The position numbers and the translations under genes were made by a program. From Nemertoderma westbladi (Eukaryota > Animalia > Xenacoelomorpha), in contig JAUCBJ010001257.1 in the NCBI GenBank assembly GCA_032718475.1, positions 97 to 64,096 of the forward strand: 64,000 nucleotides of DNA, in the 5' to 3' direction. The notes beneath the pieces were generated by a model, which did not search any database, was not told the DNA's origin, and saw only the letters and a list, made by a program, of their open reading frames with translations. Below, in pieces: positions 1 through 12,864 of the stretch; position 1 is the stretch's first letter; each line of letters opens with the position of its first letter.

Positions 1-3000
1 GCAATTACATCCTTTATGAGTATCTGGCAGTATGCAATTACATCCTTTGTGAGTATCCGGCAGTATGCAATTACATCCTTTGTGAGTATCCGGCAGTATG
101 CAATTACATCCTTTGTGAGTATCTGGCAGTATGCAATTACATCCTTTGTGAGTATCCGGCAGTATGCAATTACATCCTTTGTGAGTATCCGGCAGTATGC
201 AATTACATCCTTTGTGAGTATCTGGCAGTATGCAAATACATCTTTGCGAGTATCCGGCAGTATGCAATTACATCCTTTGTGAGTATCCGGCAGTATGCAA
301 TTACATCCTTTGTGAGTATCTGGCAGTATGCAATTACATCCTTTGTGAGTATCCGGCAGTATGCAATTACATCCTTTGTGAGTATCCGGCAGTATGCAAT
401 TACATCCTTTGTGAGTATCCGGCAGTATGCAATTACATCCTTTATGAGTATCTGGCAGTATGCAATTACATCCTTTGTGAGTATCCGGCAGTATGCAATT
501 ACATCCTTTGTGAGTATCCGGCAGTATGCAATTACATCCTTTGTGAGTATCTGACAGTATGCAATTACATCCTTTGTGAGTATCCGGCAGTATGCAATTA
601 CATCCTTTGTGAGTATCTGGCAGTATGCAAATACATCTTTGCGAGAATCCGGCAGTATGCAATTACATATCCTTTATGAGTATCTGGCAGTATGCAATTA
701 CATCCTTTGTGAGTATCCGGAAGTATGCAATTACATCATTTGTGAGTATCTGGCAGTATGCAATTACATCCTTTGTGAGTATCCGGCAGTATGCAATTAC
801 ATCCTTTGTGAGTATCTGGCAGTATGCAAATACATCTTTGCGAGTATCCGGCAGTATGCAATTACATCCTTTATGAGTATCTGGCAGTATGCAATTACAT
901 CCTTTGTGAGTATCCGGCAGTATGCAATTACATCCTTTGTGAGTATCTGGCAGTATGCAAATACATCTTTGCGAGTATCCGGCAGTATGCAATTACATCA
1001 TTTGTGAGTATCTGGCTGTATGCAAATACATCTTTGCGAGTATCCGGCAGTATGCAATTACATCCTTTGTGAGTATCCGGCAGTATGCAATTACATCCTT
1101 TGTGAGTATCTGGCAGTATGCAATTACATCCTTTGTGAGTATCCGGCGTATGCAATTACATCCTTTGTGAGTATCTGGCAGTATGCAAATACATCTTTGC
1201 GAGTATCCGGCAGTATGCAATTACATCCTTTGTGAGTATCCGGCAGTATGCAATTACATCCTTTGTGAGTATCTGGCAGTATGCAATTACATCCTTTGTG
1301 AGTATCCGGCAGTATGCAATTACATCCTTTGTGAGTATCCGGCAGTATGCAAATACATCTTTGCGAGTATCCGGCAGTATGCAATTACATCCTTTGTGAG
1401 TATCCGGCAGTATGCAATTACATCCTTTGTGAGTATCTGGCAGTATGCAATTACATCCTTTGTGAGTATCTGGCAGTATGCAATTACATCCTTTGTGAGT
1501 ATCCGGCAGTATGCAAATACATCTTTGCGAGTATCCGGCAGTATGCAATTACATCCTTTGTGAGTATCTGGCAGTATGCAAATACATCTTTGCGAGTATC
1601 CGGCAGTATGCAATTACATCCTTTGTGAGTATCCGGCAGTATGCAATTACATCCTTTGTGAGTATCTGACAGTATGCAATTACATCCTTTGTGAGTATCC
1701 GGCAGTATGCAATTACATCCTTTGTGAGTATCTGGCAGTATGCAAATACATCTTTGCGAGTATCCGGCAGTATGCAATTACATCCTTTATGAGTATCTGG
1801 CAGTATGCAATTACATCCTTTGTGAGTATCCGGCAGTATGCAATTACATCCTTTGTGAGTATCCGGCAGTATGCAATTACATCCTTTGTGAGTATCTGGC
1901 AGTATGCAAATACATCTTTGCGAGTATCCGGCAGTATGCAATTACATCATTTGTGAGTATCTGGCTGTATGCAAATACATCTTTGCGAGTATCCGGCAGT
2001 ATGCAATTACATCCTTTGTGAGTATCTGGCAGTATGCAATTACATCCTTTGTGAGTATCTGGCAGTATGCAATTACATCCTTTGTGAGTATCCGGCAGTA
2101 TGCAATTACATCCTTTGTGAGAATCTGGCAGTATGCAAATACATCTTTGCGAGTATCCGGCAGTATGCAATTACATCCTTTGCGAGTATCTGGCAGTTTG
2201 CAATTACATCCTTTGTGAGTATCTGGCAGTATGCAATTACATCCTTTGTGAGTATCCGGCAGTATGCAATTACATCCTTTGTGAGAATCTGGCAGTATGC
2301 AAATACATCTTTGCGAGTATCCGGCAGTATGCAATTACATCCTTTGTTAGTATCTGGCAGTATGCAATTACATCCTTTGTGAGTATCTGGCAGTATGCAA
2401 TTACATCCTTTGTGAGTATCCGGCAGTATGCAATTACATCCTTTGTGAGAATCTGGCAGTATGCAAATACATCTTTGCGAGTATCCGGCAGTATGCAATT
2501 ACATCCTTTGCGAGTATCCGGCAGTATGCAATTACATCCTTTGTGAGTATCCGGCAGTATGCAATTACATCCTTTGTGAGTATCCGGCAGTATGCAATTA
2601 CATCCTTTGTGAGTATCTGGCAGTATGCAATTACATCCTTTGTGAGTATCTGGCAGTATGCAATTACATCCTTTGTGAGTATCCGGCAGTATGCAAATAC
2701 ATATTTGCGAGTATCCGGCAGTATGCAATTACATCCTTTGTGAGTATCCGGCAGTATGCAATTACATCCTTTGTGAGTATCTGGCAGTATGCAAATACAT
2801 CTGTGCGAGTATCCGGCAGTATGCAATTACATCCTTTGTGAGTATCCGGCAGTATGCAATTACATCCTTTGTGAGTATCTGGCAGTATGCAAATACATCT
2901 TTGCGAGTATCCGGCAGTATGCAATTACATCCTTTGTGAGTATCCGGCAGTATGCAATTACATCCTTTGTGAGTATCTGGCAGTATGCAATTACATCCTT

Positions 3001-4045
3001 TGTGAGTATCCGGCAGTATGCAATTACATCCTTTGTGAGTATCTGGCAGTATGCAAATACATCTCTGCGAGTATCCGGCAGTATGCAATTACATCCTTTG
3101 TGAGTATCCGGCAGTATGCAATTACATCCTTTGTGAGTATCTGGCAGTATGCAATTACATCCTTTGTGAGTATCCGGCAGTATGCAATTACATCCTTTGT
3201 GAGTATCCGGCAGCATGCAATTACATCCTTTGTGAGTATCTGGCAGTATGCAATTACATCCTTCGTGAGTATCTGGCAGTATGCAATTACATCCTTTGTG
3301 AGTATCCGGCAGCATGCAATTACATCCTTTGTGAGTATCTGGCAGTATGCAATTACATCCTTTATGAGTATCTGGCAGTATGCAATTACATCCTTTGTGA
3401 GTATCTGGCAGTATGCAATTACATCCTTTGTGAGTATCCGGCAGTATGCAAATACATCCTTTGTGAGTATCCGGCAGTATGCAATTACATCCTTTGTGAG
3501 TATCCGACAGTATGCAAATACATCCTTTGTGAGTATCCGGCAGTATGCAATTACATCCTTTGTGAGTATCTGGCAGTATGCAATTACATCCTTTGTGAGT
3601 ATCCGGCAGTATGCAATTACATCCTTTGTGAGTATCTGACAGTATGCAATTACATCCTTTGTGAGTATCCGGCAGTATGCAATTACATCCTTTGTGAGTA
3701 TCTGGCAGTATGCAAATACATCTTTGCGAGAATCCGGCAGTATGCAATTACATATCCTTTATGAGTATCTGGCAGTATGCAATTACATCCTTTGTGAGTA
3801 TCCGGAAGTATGCAATTACATCATTTGTGAGTATCTGGCAGTATGCAATTACATCCTTTGTGAGTATCCGGCAGTATGCAATTACATCCTTTGTGAGTAT
3901 CTGGCAGTATGCAAATACATCTTTGCGAGTATCCGGCAGTATGCAATTACATCCTTTATGAGTATCTGGCAGTATGCAATTACATCCTTTGTGAGTATCC
4001 GGCAGTATGCAATTACATCCTTTGTGAGTATCTGGCAGTATGCAC
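1..4045. repeat. Tandem minisatellite, 33-bp unit (gcaattacatcctttgtgagtatc[c/t]ggcagtat) with a 32-bp variant (gcaaatacatctttgcgagtatccggcagtat); runs off the left edge
   Basis: Read directly; roughly 120 copies; the 11-aa periodic ORFs in the track reflect it. Confidence 0.98.
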
Positions 4046-4620
4046 TGTCGTGTGGTTTATCCTGTACTGAGGTGCCATCGCAAGGACACACTCTATTTTA
4101 ATATTGTATTATGGACCACCTCCCATTTTTCCACTAAATTGTGTGACATTAGCCTCAGCCGCGTCACTGTCACTCTTACATAATCCGGGATGTATGGTGT
4201 TTTACAGGAGTACATTTGGTGGCACTTCAGTTATAAATTTATAATATTTCGGTATGTGTGGAATTTTACACGTTTTAAAATATCCTGGTTAAAGTTGTCT
4301 GGGACCAACCCCGAGCCACTATATCTCTAGCCACTAGCCAGGTGTGTCATGTGCCTCGCAAAGATTGTACGATTGGATAAACGGAATGACCGGGTTCTGG
4401 TTCTCAAAGGTGCGTTTTAGAAATCCTGGTCTCATTTTAAGTACCCGCGTTTTCAAAGATGGTAGACCGGCTTCGATCAAGCAAAGATCCATCGGTGTCT
4501 GCTCACGGACACCCAACAACGATCTGACCATTCTGTTATAAAATTTCTCCACCGATATAAGGTTGTATGTTACCAACTTTCCGCCCCGTATAGCATGGCA
4601 GTAACTACCCCCGCTTCAAA
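4046..4620 (-). mobile_element. Degraded 3' end of a non-LTR retrotransposon ORF2
   Basis: Minus-strand fragments LCLIEAGLPSLKTRV, RVTVTRLRLMSHNL, GRWS and CPC..VQDKPH...C match the typical LINE C-terminal region and CCHC-type motif; broken by frameshifts and stops. Confidence 0.7.
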
Positions 4621-5077
4621 AACACTTAAGATTGTTTTAGATTCTTTTAACATCTCGTAGCCCCCCCCCACCCCCCCCCCCCCCCCTCCCCCCTATTTTT
4701 TTCAACTTTCACCCAAATGCTACGAAATGTTGTACGATGATATTTCGAAGCCCTTCCTCACCGTTCGCACTACCTAAACTTATTAATTTATAATAATTCG
4801 TTAATATTGTTAATTCGCCAGACGAGATATTAATTCGCCGATATGGGATTTGCGTCCACTTTTCCGTCCTGTCTCAGAATAACTTCTTTACGACTGGTGT
4901 AATTTCTACGGAGATACATTTTCAACAAGGAGGGGCGGGGGGGGGGGGGGTAGCAAAAGATTTCAAGCGAAAATGAAAAGGGAGATGGAAAAACGATTTA
5001 TTCTGTAAATAGATTTCAGTTATTATTTTATTTTAATTCAATGCCAAACCGCACTGCAAACAAATCGATAAAGTCTC

Positions 5078-7435
5078 CTAATTACTCGGCTTTCTACCAT
5101 ATTTCTGTTTTCTCTTTCGCTCTTTGACTCCAAGGTTACCCGGCAACGGCCGTTTAATCGCCTCTCTCCTCTTCCGATTGGTCGCCGTTGCGTTGCCATG
5201 GAGTTCGATGGGTGGCGCCGCTTTTAGGCGCTGCAAACTCACCGCCGATTCGCTGCGTTTCTGTTTACGTAGAAGTTTTAATCGAAGATTCTTACTCATT
5301 CGTCGTCTCGGTAAATCCAACATCCCGCTCTCGGTACTCTGAGTCTCGGTTCCCGCCTTCCGCGTCTCAGGATTTCTCGGTTCACCGCCATCTTCACCGG
5401 GTTTCGCACAATGTTTTCCCCTACCACCACTATATTTACCTGCACCAACACTTAGCTTCCCTCCTCCCACTCCCTTTTTCCCCTTACCTACACTATATTT
5501 CCCTCCGCCCACACTTTGTTTCCCTCCACCCCGACTATATTTCCCTCCTCCCATACTTTCTTTCCCGCTTCCCACACTTTCTTTCCCGCCTCCCTCACTA
5601 TATTTCCCGCCCCCCACACTACGCTCTCTCCTCCTTTCCTTCACCATCAACGCTTTACTATCCTCCAAACTGAACTCAACGATGGGCCGTTTATCCACCG
5701 AGAATATCCCGACCGCGTTATTAGTCGCTCGTAACGCCGCCAACGCATTGCGATGCGCGGTAAACGTCACGAAACCGAAGCCCAACGACCTGCCGACCCC
5801 GTCGCTGTCGACCTGCCCTCGATCCCGCATAACCCGACACTCGGTAACCTTGGTACCGGGACCCCCGGCCCTCAGGAAGATCCCCTTTAGGGATTTATCG
5901 TCGACGGATTTCGGAATATTCCGGACGCAGAGTCGTACGCTGGATACGAACACGTTGAGGTTCTTCAACCGGCGTTTGTTGTTGTTTAGAACGACGGCGC
6001 GACGGCGCTGGTCGGCCTCCGACATCCCGGAGGCCGCGTCCGTCCCCGGACGGACGAAACCCTCCGCGGCGAGATGGAGGTTCCGTCGATCGGCGACGAG
6101 TTTATCCGAATTCCCCAACCGTCCCGAATCCTCTCGGGACAACGCCGCCGTCACTAACAGCTGTCGGTTACTGAGCGACACAGACTCAGCGAGACAGCGG
6201 CTCACGGAGGCCGCGTCCCGAAACTGCACGAACCCAACGCCGCGGGAGTGGCCGTTGGAGGCGTCCGTTACGATCCGCGCGTAGCAAACGGGACCGAAAC
6301 GGGAGGAGAACTCCTCCAACAAGGAATCCTCCGTTTCCTCGTAACTCAGGTTCCTTATAAACACAGTCCGACCTTGAGTTATATCGCTGGATGAAGTTGG
6401 ATAGCGTTTACTAGGGGGAGAATCCGCGTAAACGCGTTTACTATAAGTTTCCTCCTCGCTTTCCTCCCCGGAGGAGCCCCAAGATTCTCCAGAGGAACTC
6501 TCAACCGACTCCTCCGTCACGCTTATCCCTACTTCTCTAGGCCTCCTCTCGTAGCGGTCCTTAGGAAGGGCCCAGTCCACCGCCACCGTCCGCCCACCGA
6601 ACTCCACGCCGTTGGCCCGCGTCAGGACCCGTTTCGCAGCGACTTTATCGAGGAACTGAAGGAATCCGACTTGTCTTTTGGGCCCGGTCACCGCGACCTC
6701 GGTAACCGGGGCGAACTGGGAGAAGAAACTCCTGAGCGCCTCGGGATCCGTGTCGAAAGGGAGATTGTGGACGACGAGACGAGAATGACGTTGTTTCTGA
6801 CGACTTGGAGGGGCTGACAAGTTCTTTTGTAAATCGCAAACCAGGAAATTCCCTTGTTTCTTAATTAAATTCCTTAATCTCAACATCGCTTTAAACGCTT
6901 GTTTATTCGACTTAAAATGGATCACAGCTTGTTCACCTTTTTTGTATTCGAGTTTCTCGAATCCTCCCACCCCAACCTTTTCAACCCATTTACATAGTTT
7001 TTTAACATCCTTCGATTTATTGCCGTCCGGGTCTATTATTATCACCCGTCTATCTTTCCCTCCGGGGTTGTCTGCTGCTTTATTAGCTTTACTATCGGTT
7101 GCTATAGGAATGGAATCAACTTTAGTAGAAGTTTCTAAAGGAATTACGGTGTCATTTTCATTATTATTATCTTTGTCTCTAGCTAATTCAACTTTGATTT
7201 TTCGACCTCCTATAAAGACATCGGTTTTAATAATTGTTTCGCTGTTCTCAGCATTAATAAACCTAATGTAACCGAATCCTTTCGACTTGGGGGGACCACC
7301 TTCTCGTTTCTCAGTTACGACGAAGCATTGTTTCAATGGGCCATATCTCGAGAATTCTTCTTCCAATTGCGTTGCGTCGCAAGTATAAGGTAGATTACAA
7401 ACGAAAAGAACTGGTGATTTTAAAGGCATATTCAT
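5078..7435 (-). CDS. RBM28: RNA-binding protein 28 / Nop4-like nucleolar multi-RRM protein, 785 aa, single coding exon
   Basis: RRMs with RNP motifs (LFVCNL..KGFGYIRF; LVVHNL; VFIRNL..RGVGFVQF; LCVRNI..LGFGFVTF), VAVDWALPK, RRNLHLAAEG, acidic linker and basic tail. Confidence 0.92.
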   Translation of the reverse strand: MNMPLKSPVLFVCNLPYTCDATQLEEEFSRYGPLKQCFVVTEKREGGPPKSKGFGYIRFINAENSETIIKTDVFIGGRKIKVELARDKDNNNENDTVIPLETSTKVDSIPIATDSKANKAADNPGGKDRRVIIIDPDGNKSKDVKKLCKWVEKVGVGGFEKLEYKKGEQAVIHFKSNKQAFKAMLRLRNLIKKQGNFLVCDLQKNLSAPPSRQKQRHSRLVVHNLPFDTDPEALRSFFSQFAPVTEVAVTGPKRQVGFLQFLDKVAAKRVLTRANGVEFGGRTVAVDWALPKDRYERRPREVGISVTEESVESSSGESWGSSGEESEEETYSKRVYADSPPSKRYPTSSSDITQGRTVFIRNLSYEETEDSLLEEFSSRFGPVCYARIVTDASNGHSRGVGFVQFRDAASVSRCLAESVSLSNRQLLVTAALSREDSGRLGNSDKLVADRRNLHLAAEGFVRPGTDAASGMSEADQRRRAVVLNNNKRRLKNLNVFVSSVRLCVRNIPKSVDDKSLKGIFLRAGGPGTKVTECRVMRDRGQVDSDGVGRSLGFGFVTFTAHRNALAALRATNNAVGIFSVDKRPIVEFSLEDSKALMVKERRRERSVGGGKYSEGGGKESVGSGKESMGGGKYSRGGGKQSVGGGKYSVGKGKKGVGGGKLSVGAGKYSGGRGKHCAKPGEDGGEPRNPETRKAGTETQSTESGMLDLPRRRMSKNLRLKLLRKQKRSESAVSLQRLKAAPPIELHGNATATNRKRREAIKRPLPGNLGVKERKRKQKYGRKPSN

Positions 7436-7619
7436 ATTACTGTAGCCAGGTAGCAGTGTATTAAAGTATTACTGTATTAGCAATTAGGCCTACCATGTCA
7501 TGCATGTCCTGGAATATAGTGGGGTGCATGTCTGCATGTAAAGAGCAGAAGAGAGGACTGCGGACTGGCGGATTGCTGGATTGCCAAAATCCACGCGGTC
7601 AATTTGAATTATCGACACC

Positions 7620-7897
7620 CTAACACTCGGGTCCCCAATGCGACAAGGTGAGCTGACTGCCTTGGCAGATAAGCTTTCTCTTAGCGCAGTGGGTGTTCAA
7701 GAGCACCGGATGCAGACTGGACAGACTGATGAGGTTCTGATTAAGGACATCGGGGCCGGGGCGGTTGGCGACTCGCCCTCGCGTCAGCAGATGATAGTGG
7801 CAATGGTGGTATTGGTCTATTATTGATGAATCCAACTGCACATGCAGCGTTGGACAAAATAGACCAAATCTCTAACCGCATCATCCGTTGCCACTTC
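7620..7897 (+). mobile_element. RTE-type LINE APE-endonuclease fragment (degraded)
   Basis: GELTALADKLSLSAVGVQEHR and downstream ISNRIIRCHF resemble LINE endonuclease motifs; frameshifted. Confidence 0.6.
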
Positions 7898-10800
7898 TCA
7901 TGTTCTGGAAGACTGGCTAAGAAGTTTCCTTAGGTGGTTCTGATTGTGTGCTATTCTCCAACTAGTGTTGCCCCTGTAGAGGAGGCATCCCTCTGTGTCT
8001 GAACCAGAGTGATCAGAGGGACAATCTTCATAGTTGGTGACATAAGCGTATCGCTTCTTGGTTGCTGTCTTATCAGTGTTTTTTGTGTCAGAACGGGTGC
8101 TTCTTTCCCTGTTTACTGTGATAAGATACTTGGAGGTCTCGGCCTTCAAGAAACCCCTAAATAAGTCGGAGAAGCATCCATGTTTGAGTTTGTAATTATA
8201 AGTGTATCGTTCCCATCTGGTTCCAGTGGAGCCCTTTGGAATCGCACTGGAAACGAACTGTAATGTCGTGGTTGTATCGTACACTTGTTTCTGTCCTAGC
8301 CAGTCAAGTTCCATCGGGGAAGCATCCATGTTTGAGTTTATGGGGCGAGCCACGAAGTTGGCGGAGCCTTAGCGAATTGACACTGTTAGGGGGTGGGTCA
8401 ATTTATGCAAATAGTTGTCGTCGTCGTCGTCGTCGTTGTCGTCGTCGTCGTCGTCGTTGTCGTCGTTACGATTTTGACATGCTAATAACTTTGTCGGATT
8501 TAAAGCTGCCAAGTTGAAAATTTGTAGGTATCAATATGAGCTAAAGTTGAGATTTTTGAGAGACTTTCAGACACCATCAGTGCAATGGTCTCCCGCTAGA
8601 GGGCCACATGTCTAAACATTAAATGCCCTCCCATTTCTTTGCTTTTAATCCGTTTAAGCTGAAACTTGGCAGATATGTATTAGACCATTAGCTGTGACTT
8701 TCAAAGGAGGCGAATCCATCTGCAGTTCTCCAGTCTGCCGCTAGAGGGCCAAATGTCTGAAAGTGAAATCGTTGTCGTCGTTATGATATTGACATGCTTA
8801 TAACTTTGTCGAATTTAAAGCTGCCAAGTTGAAAATTTGTTGTTGAAAATCAGTTCAACAGTCACCCGCTATAGGACTACTTTATGCCTGAAAGTGAATA
8901 GATTCTCCCGTCTCATTGATTTTAATCAGTTTAAGCTGAATCTTGCCATATATTCTGGACCACATGCTGCGTCTTTGTGGGGGGGGGGGGGGGGGGGGGG
9001 GATTTAATCGGTCTGCCGCTATAGGACGAAATTTCTGAAAGTGAGATCCGTCTCTCATTTCGTTATCCGTTATTCAAGATGAAACTTGGCCGATGTACGT
9101 ATGTACTATTCATCCATAGGCTGTGTCTTTGTGGGGCTGGAGACCCTAATCCATCTTCAGTTCTCACTATACCGCTAGAGTCAGAAATGTCTGAATAGAA
9201 ATGAAAGAGGTAAAAAGTGATTCGGCGAAATCTGCTTAAAATTTGCTAATACAGTAATACTTTCGAATTAGTACTTAAATTAAATTTAAGTCACGTGCTG
9301 CGCGAAGGCCCCACTTCGTGTAATTATAAGTGTATCGTTCCCATCTGGTTCCAGTGGAGTCCTTTGGAATCGCACTGGAAACGAACTGTAATGTCATGGT
9401 TGTATCGTACACTTGTTTCTGTCCTAGCCAGTCAAGTTGGCGACAAATTTCCTCTACTTCATCTCTAATCTCTACGATCCCGTTTTGAGTGGATCTATTA
9501 TAGAGATTAATCTGTCATACATGTTGCTTGCCAAGCTTTCTTCAGTGCCATACCGCTCCTTTAGAGTATTCCAAACAGTACTGATGCCGTCTACATGGCC
9601 CACATATTTTGCAGTCATCTGTTTAGGGGATCCCTCCACACTACTAATTAAATATCTAAGCTTCTCGCGTTCACTCAATGGCTATTCTAGAATACTGTCC
9701 TTGCAGAACTCTGCAAATGGTAACCATTTCAGCTCGTCACCATCAAACTTTAAAATTTGACCTGAGGAGACGCACTGTCGAGCTTCGTTTCTAGCCATAT
9801 GCCGGGTAAGGTCGGTTTGGACTGCTAAAGAATTTAGTAAAAGGTTGGTTAGATATGAGCTTTGGTCGTTCTGATGTACGGTATTCTCGGCATGAATACC
9901 AATCACATCAGAGGCATGTTTTAGAATTTTTACACCCTGCGACGCTGCTTGTGAGTCGACTTTCTTATTTGTCAGGGTGAGATGGTCTTGTGTTAAGGAC
10001 ATTTGTTGCTCTAAGTCATCATTTATTTGTAATAAAGAATCATTTGTGTGTAATAAAGAATCATTTCTTTGTACATAATAAAGAATCAATGATTTCTCGA
10101 GAGAGTCGTCGTTGTTCTGGGGTCGGGGTTGCCTGACGTTTTGTGCATAACGGTCAACGTTATGTAGGCTGGGATCTAACGGGGGTGCAAAAGCCTCTGA
10201 AGGTGAAGGAGGATCACCTTGGGGGAATGCTTCACCTGGGATGCCTGGCGCAAACCTAACTCCATTTCTGGGGTTGACATTCCTTTGCCTGTCAGGGGGG
10301 ATGCTATCCGTCCGCAGGATGATAATGGCGTTCCTGGTCCCGGATGCCGGTTCCCCGCTACCGACTCCTTTGCGGCTAAGTGGGCCGATCCGGGCACCAG
10401 GTGCCTACCATCCAGTTGGTTTTGATGGTTGTAATATATGGTCGAGCGGGGGTTCATTTCATCCCTAGGTATCCATTTATTATTGTTTCCTCCTTCGTTA
10501 CCATGGGGTAACGGATGTGATACTTTGGAATGTTCTCCCAAGCTGGTGATTGGGGATATTCCAGTGCCAAATGACATTCTATCATCCTTTGTCCTGGCTA
10601 AGCTACTGGACAGGTAGCTATGTTTGGGGTGCTCTGTAAGAGCTATGTGGGGATTGTTGAGGGAGATTGTGGTTTCGCTTGGTATATCTTTAGTTGCAAG
10701 TGGGGCCCCTACTGGTGGTACAACATCTCTATTGCGGTAGGGGGTTGCTGTTATAGTTGAGAGTGGGACTACTACTGGATCGATCGGCTCGGCTGATCTA

Positions 10801-12283
10801 CTGTGCTATGGGGCTGCAACCAATTGAGGTAGTTTGCGTTCCCTCGGATCTATATAGATCTCGAACCGGGGGTCGCTTGGCTCATCTTCCTCCTGTAACC
10901 TACCCAGGGGGGCCGCGAATCCAGAGGTCTTGGATGATCCAAATCCGTCTGCTTTGGGGGTATCCTGTCTCTATTATATGGAGGCAGGTCCGGCAGCGCC
11001 ACTCTAACAGCTCTCTTTCGTCTGCTCCGAGAGTTGCCACCACTTTCACTAGCGTTGGTGGAGTTTCCTTCATCCGACGAAGCATAAGTCCCTCTATTCG
11101 GCCTATCTCGTCCTGGTCCTCTGTTTGAACCTGACCTTTCCTTCCGCTGATTTTCACTTAATCTTTTTAGAGTGCTATTTTGTTTCGTAAAGCTATGTCA
11201 GCTTCCATGTGCTCGTTTTCCCGCTGTTCGGCTTCCAACTTTATATCATCGGCGCGCTTGCTGGCTTTATTACTCATCTGGTTTGCATCTAACTGCAACT
11301 CCATTTCTAAGATTTCCTTATCAGCCGCATGCTCCTCCACTTGTTCCCGTCTGTCACGCTCAGCATCTATCTCGTCTAGAACTGCTGCTGATTCAGGGCT
11401 AGAGGGGGCTAAACCCTTTAATCTCCTATGCAGTTCAGCCTCTCCTACTATGGCTATATAGGGTCGTAGGTTTCTGGATATTGCATCCATGTCCTCACCT
11501 TCTCCGGAATCCTCTGAGTCGGTGTTTAGGTTGCCCTGCGCTATGGTTCCCGAACAGTCTATGTCCGCACCTGGGGGGATGGTCAGCCCATGCAGCTTTT
11601 CGAGTGCAAGTCTTGATTGAACTCAGCCACATTGCCATAAACTACAGCGGATAGTTCCTTTGTGCTGCATGGAACCTGGGGAACTTTCAGTTTGTATAGA
11701 TCTGCCCATGCCATATCATTAAACCTAAACAACTTATGAAGTTCCGGCTGGGCATGATATAGGTTTATTAGGTAATGTAATTCTTCCCCATAAACTCCTG
11801 TTCAGAAGATACAGTTCCGGTTGCCACTTTCTCCTGGTAACTGTCAATTTCCTCTAGCAGGTAAGCTAGTCTTGCTTGCGGGTGAACAGGAATTGTTTCA
11901 TCGGCAATATCCTGCGAAAGGGTGTTGCTAATAGGGGGGTGCAATTCCTCGTTGCTGTTGGGTGAGGGGGCTAACATAATGGGGGATGTGTTCATTACTA
12001 GTAGTGATGGTGAGCTCACTCTAGTTTGGGCAACACTAACTATGGGTGGATCTACATTCAAATTGTCTACAGTCCTTCCAGTAAATTCCCTAGTTCTGAT
12101 GCGGGACCTGTCCCAAGATTTCTTGCTGCGGACTGGTGGTGCAACCTGTTCAACAGAGGGGGGAATGTCCATATGGGAGGGGGGGGGGGGGGGGGGCAGC
12201 TGTGACCCATGGGTGGTAAGCGAAAGGTTCAGTGTCAATATCTGACTCGGACATGATGGCAAATTAATATAATCTATACACAA
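7898..12283 (-). mobile_element. Decayed BEL/Pao LTR-retrotransposon gag-like region, interrupted by an insertion at about 8341-9320
   Basis: LKFDGDELKWLPF..F..*.LSEREKLRYLISSVEG...WNTLKERYG (about 9500-9760) is the DUF1759-type BEL gag motif; it continues as LDWLGQ..YD..RW..FSDL..FLKAE. Several stops and frameshifts; upstream ORFs are Pro/Ser-rich or coiled-coil. Confidence 0.72.
8341..9321. mobile_element. Non-autonomous Helentron/HINE (DINE-1-like) element
   Basis: Subterminal inverted motif cacgaagt / acttcgtg, (GTC)n microsatellite at about 8417-8466, internal degenerate repeats (tttaagctgaaacttggc, ccgctagagggcca); class inferred from architecture. Confidence 0.55.
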
Positions 12284-12864
12284 ATAGTAGGTTACAACCC
12301 TAAATAAGTGTTAACTACGTATTTGTCCTGTAAAATAAAATAATCAACACCAAGGAAGATATTCTATTTATGCCACCTAGAGAAATAAATAATTTAGCTA
12401 TTATCGTAGATGTAATACTCTCTGCTCCCGCTGGGTGGCTTTATCTTAAATAATTAATATTCTAGAATAGTGTAAAAAATACATTAGAATAATGTAGATT
12501 TACGTCATAAAATGCATGCCTTGGATTGTTGATAATATCTCATAAAAATATTAGAGAAATTTAAAACGGTTTTCAGATTCGGAATGATTACATTTAAAAG
12601 ACTTAAAATAAAGTCTACGGTCGATCTATCATCATACCAAATTTCGTAGTATTTTATTGAAATTTGAAAAAAATTAGGGGGGGGGGGGGGGGGCTCCGAC
12701 CCCCTAAAGATGGTTGTTGTATTAAAGGTTATGGTGTACATATATGTTGTTAATGTTAATAATTGTTAAATAATAATTATTATTAATATAGATTTACCTT
12801 GACCGGAGGTGTATACAAAAAAAATTATCTAAATTAAATCTAATAAACAAAGTCAAACACGAAT

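Noticed and set aside
1-4045. Cys-rich repeat proteins or a CRISPR-like array
   Set aside because: Head-to-tail units with no unique spacers; ORFs occur in several frames on both strands and shift at every 32-bp variant; eukaryotic context
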